From an uncultured Thermomicrobiales bacterium (GTDB lineage Bacteria > Chloroflexota > Chloroflexia > Thermomicrobiales > UBA6265): 64,000 nt of DNA. Positions 56,800-64,000 of the stretch are shown piece by piece. The stretch lies in assembly GCA_902806405.1 (NCBI GenBank), contig CADCWL010000247.1, positions 68,003 through 132,002 of the forward strand, written 5' to 3'. Below the pieces are notes generated by a model. The model was not told the DNA's origin. It worked only from the letters and a program-made list of their open reading frames with translations, and searched no databases. Numbering within the stretch: the first letter of the stretch is position 1; each line of letters starts with the position of its first letter. The position numbers were made by a program, and so were the translations under genes.

Positions 56800-56870
56800 C
56801 GTTGCTCTCTCCTTCTCGTCGTCGCCGGCGCCCATCCGCGCCCAAGCGCGGTCGCCGGCATTCGTCCAGT

Positions 56871-56949
56871 GTGACCCGTGGGATCAACCAGCAAGGACCG
56901 TACCAGAAACGCGCCGCGCGCGAACGCGTTGGGTGACCCGTGGTTCAAG
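56871..56949. promoter_or_regulatory. Two copies of a GTGACCCGTGG-n-TCAA motif upstream of sodA
   Basis: GTGACCCGTGGGATCAAC (56871-56888) and GTGACCCGTGGTTCAAG (56933-56949). Each contains an imperfect palindrome (TGACCCGTGGGATCA / TGACCCGTGGTTCA). They lie 72-150 nt upstream of the sodA ATG. Confidence 0.4.
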
Positions 56950-57233
56950 TGGGAGGGACACACGATCGGGTACCGCACGCTCCGGCCGACCACCCCGTCG
57001 TCCTCCTCGCCTCAGGCTCCCTGCCAGACCGATCCCGGAAACCTCAGCCGAAGATGGACAACGGCGGGGACCTCGGCGGAAGGACGGCCGCGCCCCCGAC
57101 CGGCAGCGTGGGGAGGGACTCACGACGGTGCCTGCGACCGAGACCCGAGACCCTCGGCACCGTCCGCGACGTCAGGCGGCGGAACCGGCGGCGGCTCCAA
57201 ATGTCCCTCGCCGCGGCTTCCGGGGCTCCCCGG

Positions 57234-58166
57234 TCAACGCCTCCCCTCGAACGCCAGCACCCCGACCCCCGCCACCCCGATCGCGGGCGGCGAGAGATGC
57301 ACACTCTCGACGTCGATCCCCGCGAACGGCGCAATCCCGAACGCGCGCCGCAGGTGCTCCTGCGGCCGGTTGTATCCCTTGATCAGCGGCGTCACCCAGG
57401 CCACCACCTCGACCCGGGCCACGATCGGTCGCGCTTCCCCCGTCGCCGCCCGGTGCCGCCGCAGCCAGTCCGCGATCGAGGCCTCCCCCACGATTACGGC
57501 GCTCTCGCCGACCGCCCGGCTCATCGTCGCCTTGTCGATGATGTCGTCCGCGCCGGCCGTCCTCAGCGTCAGGGTCGGCTCCGACTCACCCGCCTGCGCC
57601 GCCAGCTGCGGGGCGACGATCCCGTCGACGATGTCCTGCACAGCCGCCGGGTCGGCGTGCATCACCACGTCCCCCTCACCGGTGTAGGAGGGGATCACGA
57701 ACGCCCCCGCCGGGTAGGTCCGCTGCCCGTCCCCCTCCAGCCGCGCCTTCTTCAGCAGCACCGCCGGGATGCCGGAGGCCATCGCGTACATCGCCCCGAT
57801 CGGGTAGCCGCTCATCCCCGGCACCAGCAGCAGGTCGACCCGGCGCTCCCGCAGGTGCGCGGCCGCCTCCGCCACGTGCCCCGCCACGTACTCGGGCCGC
57901 GCCGCCGTCTTGAGCAGGCTCCCGTACTCAATCCCGACCCCACCCCCCGCGAACTCCCGCGCCGTCCCCAGCCGCAACAGCCCCCGCAGCATCGCCTTCG
58001 CCCCGTCCGAGAGCGCCGAGGCCGCGATCGCAACCTCGGCATCGGCGCACGGGGCACAATCTCCGGCCGAGACGGTCGCCCGCTCCTCGCGGGGCCGCTC
58101 GTACCGGGGCAGAACCGGAACGGTTCCGCCGGGACGGACTGCGGCCTCCGCCTTCTCGATCGCCAC
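57234..58166 (-). CDS. Phosphoribosyltransferase-like protein of unknown specificity
   Basis: PRT-type core VDLLLVPGMSGYPIGAMYAMASGIPAVLLKK and a PRPP-loop-like LRTAGADDIIDKATMS. The N-terminal ~70 aa are unique, with GDCAPC. A candidate -10 TAGAAT lies on the minus strand at 58208-58213. Confidence 0.6.
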   Translation of the reverse strand: MAIEKAEAAVRPGGTVPVLPRYERPREERATVSAGDCAPCADAEVAIAASALSDGAKAMLRGLLRLGTAREFAGGGVGIEYGSLLKTAARPEYVAGHVAEAAAHLRERRVDLLLVPGMSGYPIGAMYAMASGIPAVLLKKARLEGDGQRTYPAGAFVIPSYTGEGDVVMHADPAAVQDIVDGIVAPQLAAQAGESEPTLTLRTAGADDIIDKATMSRAVGESAVIVGEASIADWLRRHRAATGEARPIVARVEVVAWVTPLIKGYNRPQEHLRRAFGIAPFAGIDVESVHLSPPAIGVAGVGVLAFEGRR

Positions 58167-58271
58167 CGGCCCCCCTCACGCTCGGGCGTCCGTTCACCGT
58201 TCGGCGTATTCTAGCGGCGAATCCGACCTTCCGCGCCTCTTCCCCGGCCCGACCCGAGGAGCGATCCGCTC

Positions 58272-59636
58272 ATGCCCACCCTCCTCGTCCGCCACGCCGA
58301 TCTCCTCGCCACCATGGACGACGCCGACACCCGTTGGCCCGACGGCGGCCTCTACGCCGTCGATAACGCCATCGTCCAGGTCGGCCCCACGGCCGAGCTG
58401 CCATCCACCGCCGATCGGACCATCGACGCCCGGGGCATGCTGATCCTTCCCGGCCTCGTGAACACCCACCACCACTTCTTCCAGACGCTGACCCGCAACC
58501 TCCCCGCCGCCCAGAACGCCGGCCTCTTCGACTGGCTCCGCGTCCACTACCCGGTCTGGGCCGGCCTCACGCCGGAGGCGATCCGGGTCGCGACGGAGGT
58601 CGCCCTCGCCGAGCTGATCCTCTCCGGCTGCACCACCGCGTCGGACCACACCTACCTCTGGCCGAACGGCGCCCGCCTCGACGACCAGATCGAGGCCGCC
58701 CGAGCGATGGGCGTCCGTTTCCACGCCGCCCGGGGCTCGATGTCGGTTGGGGAGTCGAAGGGGGGGCTGCCGCCGGACAGCGTCGTCGAAGACGAGGACG
58801 ATATCCTCCGGGATTCCCGCCGCTTGATCGAGACCTACCACGACCCCGCCCGCTTCGCGATGCTCCGCCTGGTCCTTGCCCCCTGCTCCCCCTTTTCCGT
58901 CTCCCCGGACCTGATGCGCGAGAGCGTCGCCCTCGCCCGCGCCTCGGGCGTCCACGCCCATACCCATCTCGCCGAGACCCGCGACGAGGAGACCTACTGC
59001 CGGGAGACCTTCGGCAAGACCCCGGTCGAGCTGGCGGAGGATCTGGGCTGGACCGGCCCCGACGTCTGGCACGCGCACGTCGTCCACGCCCACCCGCCCG
59101 AGATCGCGCGCCTCGGCCGGACGCGGACCGGCATTGCCCACTGCCCGACGTCCAACATGCGCCTCGCCTCCGGCATCGCCCCGCTCCGCGCCTGGCAAAC
59201 CGCCGGCTGCCGCGTCGGTCTCGGCGTCGACGGCTCCGCCTCCAACGACGGGAGCCACCTCCTCGCCGAGGCCCGCCAGGCGCTCCTCCTCCAGCGCGTC
59301 GGCGGCCACCCCGCCGCCTTGACGGCGACCGAGGCCCTCCGCCTCGCCACCCGCGGCGGCGCCGAGACCCTCGGCCGCGACGACATCGGCTCCTTGGCAC
59401 CGGGCATGGCCGCGGATTTCGTCGGCTTCCGCCTCGATGCTCTCGGCCTCGCCGGCGGCGCCGTCCACGACCCCCTCGCCGCCCTCATCTTCTGCCAGCC
59501 CCCAACCGTCGACCTCAACGTCATCGACGGCAGGGTCCGCGTCCAGGACGGTCACCTCCTCGGCGTCGACCTCCCGACCCTCATCGCCCGCCACAATGCG
59601 ATCGCGCGGGCGCTCGTTCGCGGCGAGCTGCGCTGA
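58272..59636 (+). CDS. 8-oxoguanine deaminase-like amidohydrolase (TRZ/ATZ family)
   Basis: LLATMDD...PGLVNTHHHFFQTLTRNLPAAQNAGLFDWL..., SGCTTASDH, GVRFHAARGSMS, LIETYHD. This closely parallels, as I remember it, the Pseudomonas 8-oxoguanine deaminase family. Confidence 0.8.
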   Translation: MPTLLVRHADLLATMDDADTRWPDGGLYAVDNAIVQVGPTAELPSTADRTIDARGMLILPGLVNTHHHFFQTLTRNLPAAQNAGLFDWLRVHYPVWAGLTPEAIRVATEVALAELILSGCTTASDHTYLWPNGARLDDQIEAARAMGVRFHAARGSMSVGESKGGLPPDSVVEDEDDILRDSRRLIETYHDPARFAMLRLVLAPCSPFSVSPDLMRESVALARASGVHAHTHLAETRDEETYCRETFGKTPVELAEDLGWTGPDVWHAHVVHAHPPEIARLGRTRTGIAHCPTSNMRLASGIAPLRAWQTAGCRVGLGVDGSASNDGSHLLAEARQALLLQRVGGHPAALTATEALRLATRGGAETLGRDDIGSLAPGMAADFVGFRLDALGLAGGAVHDPLAALIFCQPPTVDLNVIDGRVRVQDGHLLGVDLPTLIARHNAIARALVRGELR

Positions 59637-59639
59637 TCC

Positions 59640-60230
59640 GGCCGCCTCCTCGACGGGCGCGTCCAGTTCGGCCCGGACGCCCGGCCGCGCGACCGCATCG
59701 ACGACGTCGGACCGCACGGCCATCTCCGCGTACGAGCAGGCCGGGCGCTTTTGACACCCGGTCAGCGTTCGCCCGAAGGGACGGAGACGCCGGACCGCGA
59801 GATCCCCCCGCTCCACGGACTTCGGCCGCGTCAACTCGACGTCGTCCTCCTCGGTCGAGGGCGACGAGACCGCGACGATGAGCGGCAGCGGGCGATCGTC
59901 GCCCCCCAGCGCCTCCCACCGGTCCCGGTCCTGCGCTTGGTACGGTACCGGGATGAAGACGAGTTCTGGGATGTAGCCCGTGTCAGTACCCTAGCGGACC
60001 CGGCCCGCGTCGACGCCGACCGTGTACCACATCCGGCCAACGGATCACGAGGCCACGACCGATCTCCCGTTGGACCTGGGTCTACCCGAACGGCACCTGC
60101 GGTTTCCTCCGCACAGTCCCGCGGTGCGACTTCCGTGTCGCCCTTGCAATCATTCAGCCCGACCTGCTCGGAGGTCCGCCCCGTCCGCCACATCATCAAC
60201 TCCTCGAGGCGAACCTCCCAGCGCTTGAGC
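59640..60230 (-). pseudogene. Possible Uma2-family (restriction-endonuclease-fold) gene relic
   Basis: The minus-strand segment GYIPELVFIP..DDRPLPLIVAVSSPSTEEDDVELTRPKSVE resembles the Uma2 core (PD..fv ... P.LvvEV.SPST...D...K). Upstream parts are broken by TGA/TAG stops and frame changes, and the downstream frame runs on into the antisense of the deaminase gene. Confidence 0.4.
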
Positions 60231-61178
60231 CTAGCCTCGCTCCTCCCGCGCGTACGGCCGGCCCAGCGCCGCCGGCCCACCGAGACGCCGCCGCGCCGCC
60301 TCCCGCGTCGCCAGCACCAGGACCGCGATCGTGAAGAGGTACGGCAGCATGTTCAGAAAGAAGGAGGAGACCGGCACCCCCGCCCCCTGCAGCCGGAACT
60401 GTCCCGCCTCCACCCCGCCGAAGAGGTACGCCCCCAGCGCCGCCCGCAGCGGGTTCCACCCCGCGAAGATCACCAGCGCAACCGCGATCCGGCCCCGCCC
60501 CGCCGTCATCCCCTCCTGCCAGCCGGGGTTCGTGCCGAGCGATATCGCCGCCCCGCCCACCCCCGCCAACGCCCCGCCGAGGACCACGTAGAGCGCCCGC
60601 AGCCGCCCGACCGAGACCCCCATCGCGTCGGCCGCCTCCGGCCGCTCCCCGACCGCCCGCAGCCGCAACCCCGCCCGTGTCCGCCCGATGAAGAGCCACA
60701 GCAACGGCACCAGCGCGTACGAGACGTAGACCAGCGCGTCCTGCCGGAACAAGATCCGCCCGATCTCGGGGATATCGGCAAGAACGGGGACCGCGAGGTC
60801 TCCGAACGTCGCCGGCACCGGCCGACCGACCAGGTCCTGGCCCAGGAACGCGGAAAATCCGCCGCCGAAGAGGGTCAGCGCCAGCCCGCTCACCACCTGG
60901 TTCGCTCCCAGCCCGACCGTCAGCACCGCGTGGATCGACGCCATCCCCGCCCCGACGAGGAGCGCCCCGAGCGTCCCGACCCACACGCTCCCGCTCCACA
61001 GCGTGGCCGCCACCCCCCCCAGGGCGCCCATCAGCATCATCCCCTCGACCCCGAGGTTCAGCACCCCGGCCCGCTCGCAGAGCAGCTCCCCGAGGCAGGC
61101 GTAGAGGATCGCCGTCCCCGCCGGGATCGCCGCCGCCAGCACGGAGGTCAGGAACGCGACCGACAGCACCTCGTCCAT
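60231..61178 (-). CDS. ABC transporter permease (nucleoside/simple-sugar, BMP-type system)
   Basis: MDEVLSVAFLTSVLAAAIPAGTAILYACLGELLCERAGVLNLGVEGMM... Multi-TM. ATG 61178; the track ORF start at 61772 is read-in. Confidence 0.88.
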   Translation of the reverse strand: MDEVLSVAFLTSVLAAAIPAGTAILYACLGELLCERAGVLNLGVEGMMLMGALGGVAATLWSGSVWVGTLGALLVGAGMASIHAVLTVGLGANQVVSGLALTLFGGGFSAFLGQDLVGRPVPATFGDLAVPVLADIPEIGRILFRQDALVYVSYALVPLLWLFIGRTRAGLRLRAVGERPEAADAMGVSVGRLRALYVVLGGALAGVGGAAISLGTNPGWQEGMTAGRGRIAVALVIFAGWNPLRAALGAYLFGGVEAGQFRLQGAGVPVSSFFLNMLPYLFTIAVLVLATREAARRRLGGPAALGRPYAREERG

Positions 61179-61180
61179 GG

Positions 61181-62314
61181 CTACGCGCGTTCCCTCCCCC
61201 CGGGATCGCGGGAGGGGACCGTCGCGCCCCACGCGAGCCGGTACCGCACCAGCGCCTCGCCGCCGAGCAGGAAGAAGAGGATCGTCCCCTGCAGCATCGG
61301 CGCGATCGCTGCCGGCAGCCCCATGCTCGATTGGAGCTGGTCCCCCCCGACCAGGATCGCCGCCAGGAGAAAGGCGACGAGGACGATGCCCCCGGGATGG
61401 AGCCGCCCCAACCAGGCGACGATGATCGCCGTGTAGCCGTACCCGGGTGACAGGTTGCGCTGCAGCTGGTGGCCGATCCCGGCCAGCTCGCTCATCCCCG
61501 CCAGTCCGCACAGCGCGCCGCTGAGCGCCATCACGGCCAGGATCGTCCGCCGCGTCGGCATCCCCGCGTAGCGCGCCGCCCGCGGGTTCGCCCCCATCAC
61601 CCCGACCTCGTACCCCCACCGCGTACGCCGCAGTGTCCCCCAGAGCAATGCCGCCGCGACCAGCCCGAACAGCAGCCCGAGATGGACCCGCGTCGTCCCC
61701 CACCGCGGCAGGTCGGCGGCCTCCGGCAGCGCCGGCGAGCCGGGGAAGCCGAACGAGGAGGGATCGCGCCACGGCCCGTGGACCAGATACTCGGAGAAGA
61801 GGATTGCCACGTAGTTCAGCATCAGGCTGGTGATGATCTCATTCGCCCCCAAGAATGCCCGCAGCGCCCCCGGGATCAGCCCCCACGCCGCCCCCCCAAC
61901 GAGCCCGGCGACCAGCATCCCCCCGATCAGGAGCGGCGCCGGCGCCCCCGGCACCAGGTAGAGCCCCGTGCCCGCCGCCGCGATCGCCCCCAGATAGAGC
62001 TGCCCTTCCGCGCCGATGTTCCAGAGCCGCATCCGGAAGGCGACCGCCACCCCGAGCCCCGTCAGCAGCAGCGGGATCGTCTTTACCAGCGTCTCGGCGA
62101 AGCCGTTCCGGTCCCCGAGCGCTCCCCGCAGCATCGCCCGGTAGACCGCGATCGGGTTCTCCCCGGCCGCCAGCAGCAGCACGCCGCTCGCGGCCAGCGC
62201 CAACGCGATCGAGACGACCGGCACCAACGCCGACGCCAGCCGCGATGGCGCCGCCACCCGCTCGACGCGAATCCGCGGTCGCCCCCGCCCCGAGGGCGCA
62301 GCCAGCTCAACCAC
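61181..62314 (-). CDS. ABC transporter permease (partner of the above)
   Basis: Multi-TM, with NIGAEGQLYLGA and GGDQLQ motifs typical of this permease family. GTG 62314 overlaps the ATPase stop (GTGGTTGA). Confidence 0.88.
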   Translation of the reverse strand: MVELAAPSGRGRPRIRVERVAAPSRLASALVPVVSIALALAASGVLLLAAGENPIAVYRAMLRGALGDRNGFAETLVKTIPLLLTGLGVAVAFRMRLWNIGAEGQLYLGAIAAAGTGLYLVPGAPAPLLIGGMLVAGLVGGAAWGLIPGALRAFLGANEIITSLMLNYVAILFSEYLVHGPWRDPSSFGFPGSPALPEAADLPRWGTTRVHLGLLFGLVAAALLWGTLRRTRWGYEVGVMGANPRAARYAGMPTRRTILAVMALSGALCGLAGMSELAGIGHQLQRNLSPGYGYTAIIVAWLGRLHPGGIVLVAFLLAAILVGGDQLQSSMGLPAAIAPMLQGTILFFLLGGEALVRYRLAWGATVPSRDPGGRERA

Positions 62315-63887
62315 CGGCCACTGCCACCCGCCGCACCGGCGCCACCCCACCGCCGTCGACACCCGCCATCAGCAGCCCGAGCCGCTCCGGATCCGCGCCC
62401 GCCGCCGGCACGATCCCCATCACCCGCCCCTCAAAGAGGACGGCGATCCGATCCGCCAGCGCCAGCAGTTCGTCGAGGTCCTCCGAGATCAGCAACGTCG
62501 CCGCCCCCCGCTCCCGCTGCGCCCGCAGCAGCGCGTGGATCGCCTCCGTCGCCCCCACGTCGACCCCTCGGGTCGGATGGACGGCGACGATCAGCCGCGG
62601 TTCCCCCGCCAGCTCCCGGCCCAGCAGCAGCTTCTGCTGGTTCCCCCCCGAGAGCGTCCCCAGCCGCGTCCTCCGCCCCGGCGCCGCCACCCCGTGCTCC
62701 TTCAGCAGCCGATCGGCGAAGGCCGCGACCGCCCGAGCGACCACGAACGGCCCCCGCGCCAGCGGCGGCCGCCGGTAACGGCGCAGGATCGCGTTCCCCG
62801 CCAGGTCCATCCCCCCGATCAGCCCGTCCGCCAGCCGGTCCTCCGGCACGTGCGCCACACCCGCCCGCGCGATCTCCCCGGGCGACCGGTTCGTCGCGTC
62901 AGCGCCGCCGATCCGGACCCGCCCCCCGCTCGCCCGCCGCAGCCCGGTGATCGTCTCCGCCAGCTCCCGCTGCCCGTTCCCCGCCACCCCGGCGACCCCG
63001 ACCGTCTCCCCGGCCCGGACCGCAAGGTCGATCCCGGCCAGCGCCGGCCGCCCCGCATCCCCTTCCGCCCGCAGCCCCGCCAGCTCCAGGACCGGCTCCC
63101 CGGTCGCCACCGCCTCGTGCGGCTCCTCCGCCGGCCGCTCCACCAGCGACGCCAGCTCCCGCCCGACCATCAACCGCGCCAACGACCGCCGGTCCGACTC
63201 CGCCGCCGCCACGCTCCCGACCACCCGGCCCCGCCGGAGAACCGTCACGCGGTCGGCGACCGCCAACACCTCGTCCAGCTTGTGGGAGATAAAAACGATG
63301 CAGAACCCGTCGGCCGCCAGCCCCCGCAGCGTCCGCACCAGCCCCGCCGCCTCCTGCGGCGTCAGCACCGCCGTCGGCTCGTCCAGGATCAGAATCTTCG
63401 CGCCCCGGTGCAGCAGCCGCAGGATCTCGACCCGCTGCTGCTCCCCGACCGAGAGCGTCCAGACGGGGGCCCGCGGGTCGACCGCCAGTCCGTACCGCTC
63501 TCCCAACTCCCGCAGCTCCCGCTCGACCGCGCCCGTCTCCAGCCACGGCCCCGCCCGCTCCTGCCCGAGCAGCACGTTCTCCGCGACCGTGAACGGCTCG
63601 ACCAGCATGAAGTGCTGGTAGACCATCCCGACCCCGAGCCCGATCGCCTCCCGCGGCGACCGCAATCGGACCGGCCGCCCCCCGATTGCCAGCGTCCCCG
63701 CGTCCGGCCGGTAGAGCCCGGCCAGGATGCTCATCAGCGTCGACTTACCCGCCCCGTTCTCCCCGACGAGCGCGTGCACCTCGCCGAAGCGCGCCACGAA
63801 GTCGACATCCGCATTCGCGGCCGTCGCCCCGAACCGCTTGCCGATGCCGCGCATCTCGATCGCCGGCGACCGCTCGTCGTGGATCAT
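62307..63887 (-). CDS. ABC transporter ATP-binding protein with duplicated ATPase domains
   Basis: Domain 1: GENGAGKST, LSVGEQQRVEIL, ILILDEPT. Domain 2: GVAGNGQREL, LSGGNQQKLLL, VAVHPTRGVD. ATG 63887 follows GAGGG. Confidence 0.92.
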   Translation of the reverse strand: MIHDERSPAIEMRGIGKRFGATAANADVDFVARFGEVHALVGENGAGKSTLMSILAGLYRPDAGTLAIGGRPVRLRSPREAIGLGVGMVYQHFMLVEPFTVAENVLLGQERAGPWLETGAVERELRELGERYGLAVDPRAPVWTLSVGEQQRVEILRLLHRGAKILILDEPTAVLTPQEAAGLVRTLRGLAADGFCIVFISHKLDEVLAVADRVTVLRRGRVVGSVAAAESDRRSLARLMVGRELASLVERPAEEPHEAVATGEPVLELAGLRAEGDAGRPALAGIDLAVRAGETVGVAGVAGNGQRELAETITGLRRASGGRVRIGGADATNRSPGEIARAGVAHVPEDRLADGLIGGMDLAGNAILRRYRRPPLARGPFVVARAVAAFADRLLKEHGVAAPGRRTRLGTLSGGNQQKLLLGRELAGEPRLIVAVHPTRGVDVGATEAIHALLRAQRERGAATLLISEDLDELLALADRIAVLFEGRVMGIVPAAGADPERLGLLMAGVDGGGVAPVRRVAVAGG

Positions 63888-64000
63888 CCGACCCTCGGGA
63901 TCGTACCGGGCCGTCGTTCCGGCGGGGGCCCTGTCTCGGACATGGTCGCGCGTCGCGGACAGGTGCACCGGTCCCGTCCCGGTCGGCAAGACCGGGGCGA

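Noticed and set aside
58194-61436. Long ORFs 58194-59834(-), 59751-61436(+) and 60231-61772(-, upper part)
   Set aside because: The first is antisense to the deaminase gene, except for its extreme 5' part, which I used for the Uma2-like relic. The second is antisense to the ABC permeases. The third is real only from ATG 61178 downward.

Overview
Very GC-rich bacterial chromosomal segment; third codon positions are almost all G/C (judged by eye, not computed). The lineage cannot be fixed from sequence alone. A Bacillus-type long SRP RNA and the gene content suggest a Chloroflexota/Thermomicrobia-like or deep actinobacterial-like organism. About 60 genes can be supported. Most of the long ORFs in the six-frame track are Arg/Pro/Gly-rich antisense shadows of these genes. 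Layout: 1-24 kb is housekeeping: uvrB 3' end, aroQ, M24 peptidase, efp, accB, xseAB, an AIR-synthase-like gene, an Ntn asparaginase, VanW, rho with a ~265-aa low-complexity N-terminal extension, glpX, an exonuclease-DinG fusion, an M20 peptidase, an SDR/TetR pair and sdhAB. 24.4-24.8 kb holds a long SRP RNA with a clear promoter and terminator. 25-29.5 kb is a same-strand module of an EXLDI-family protein, a DrrAB-like ABC-2 exporter, a TcmI-like small protein and a geranylgeranyl-reductase-family flavoprotein. 29.7-42.2 kb and 57-64 kb form a large purine/urate catabolic island: ferredoxin, malate synthase, OHCU decarboxylase, uricase, HIU hydrolase, allantoate amidohydrolase, allantoinase, a two-gene xanthine dehydrogenase, a PRT-like protein, an 8-oxoguanine-deaminase-like amidohydrolase and a nucleoside-type ABC importer. 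In between lie a PLD-family protein, a DinB-family protein, pntA-pntA-pntB, recQ, a KaiC-like ATPase plus receiver, and sodA. Several genes look decayed: an SDR paralog, a methyltransferase and a GNAT each with a single in-frame TAA, a Uma2-like relic and a possible ureidoglycolate-lyase relic. Sequence-level oddities: a 31-nt perfect pyrimidine/purine alternation, a 44-bp perfect palindrome flanked by direct repeats, a G-quadruplex-capable heptamer-repeat inverted repeat bridging dinG and glpX, and a ~700-nt unassigned structured gap downstream of rho. I saw no rRNA, tRNA, CRISPR array, transposase or integrase. All calls rest on visual motif recognition only; no searches or folding were run.
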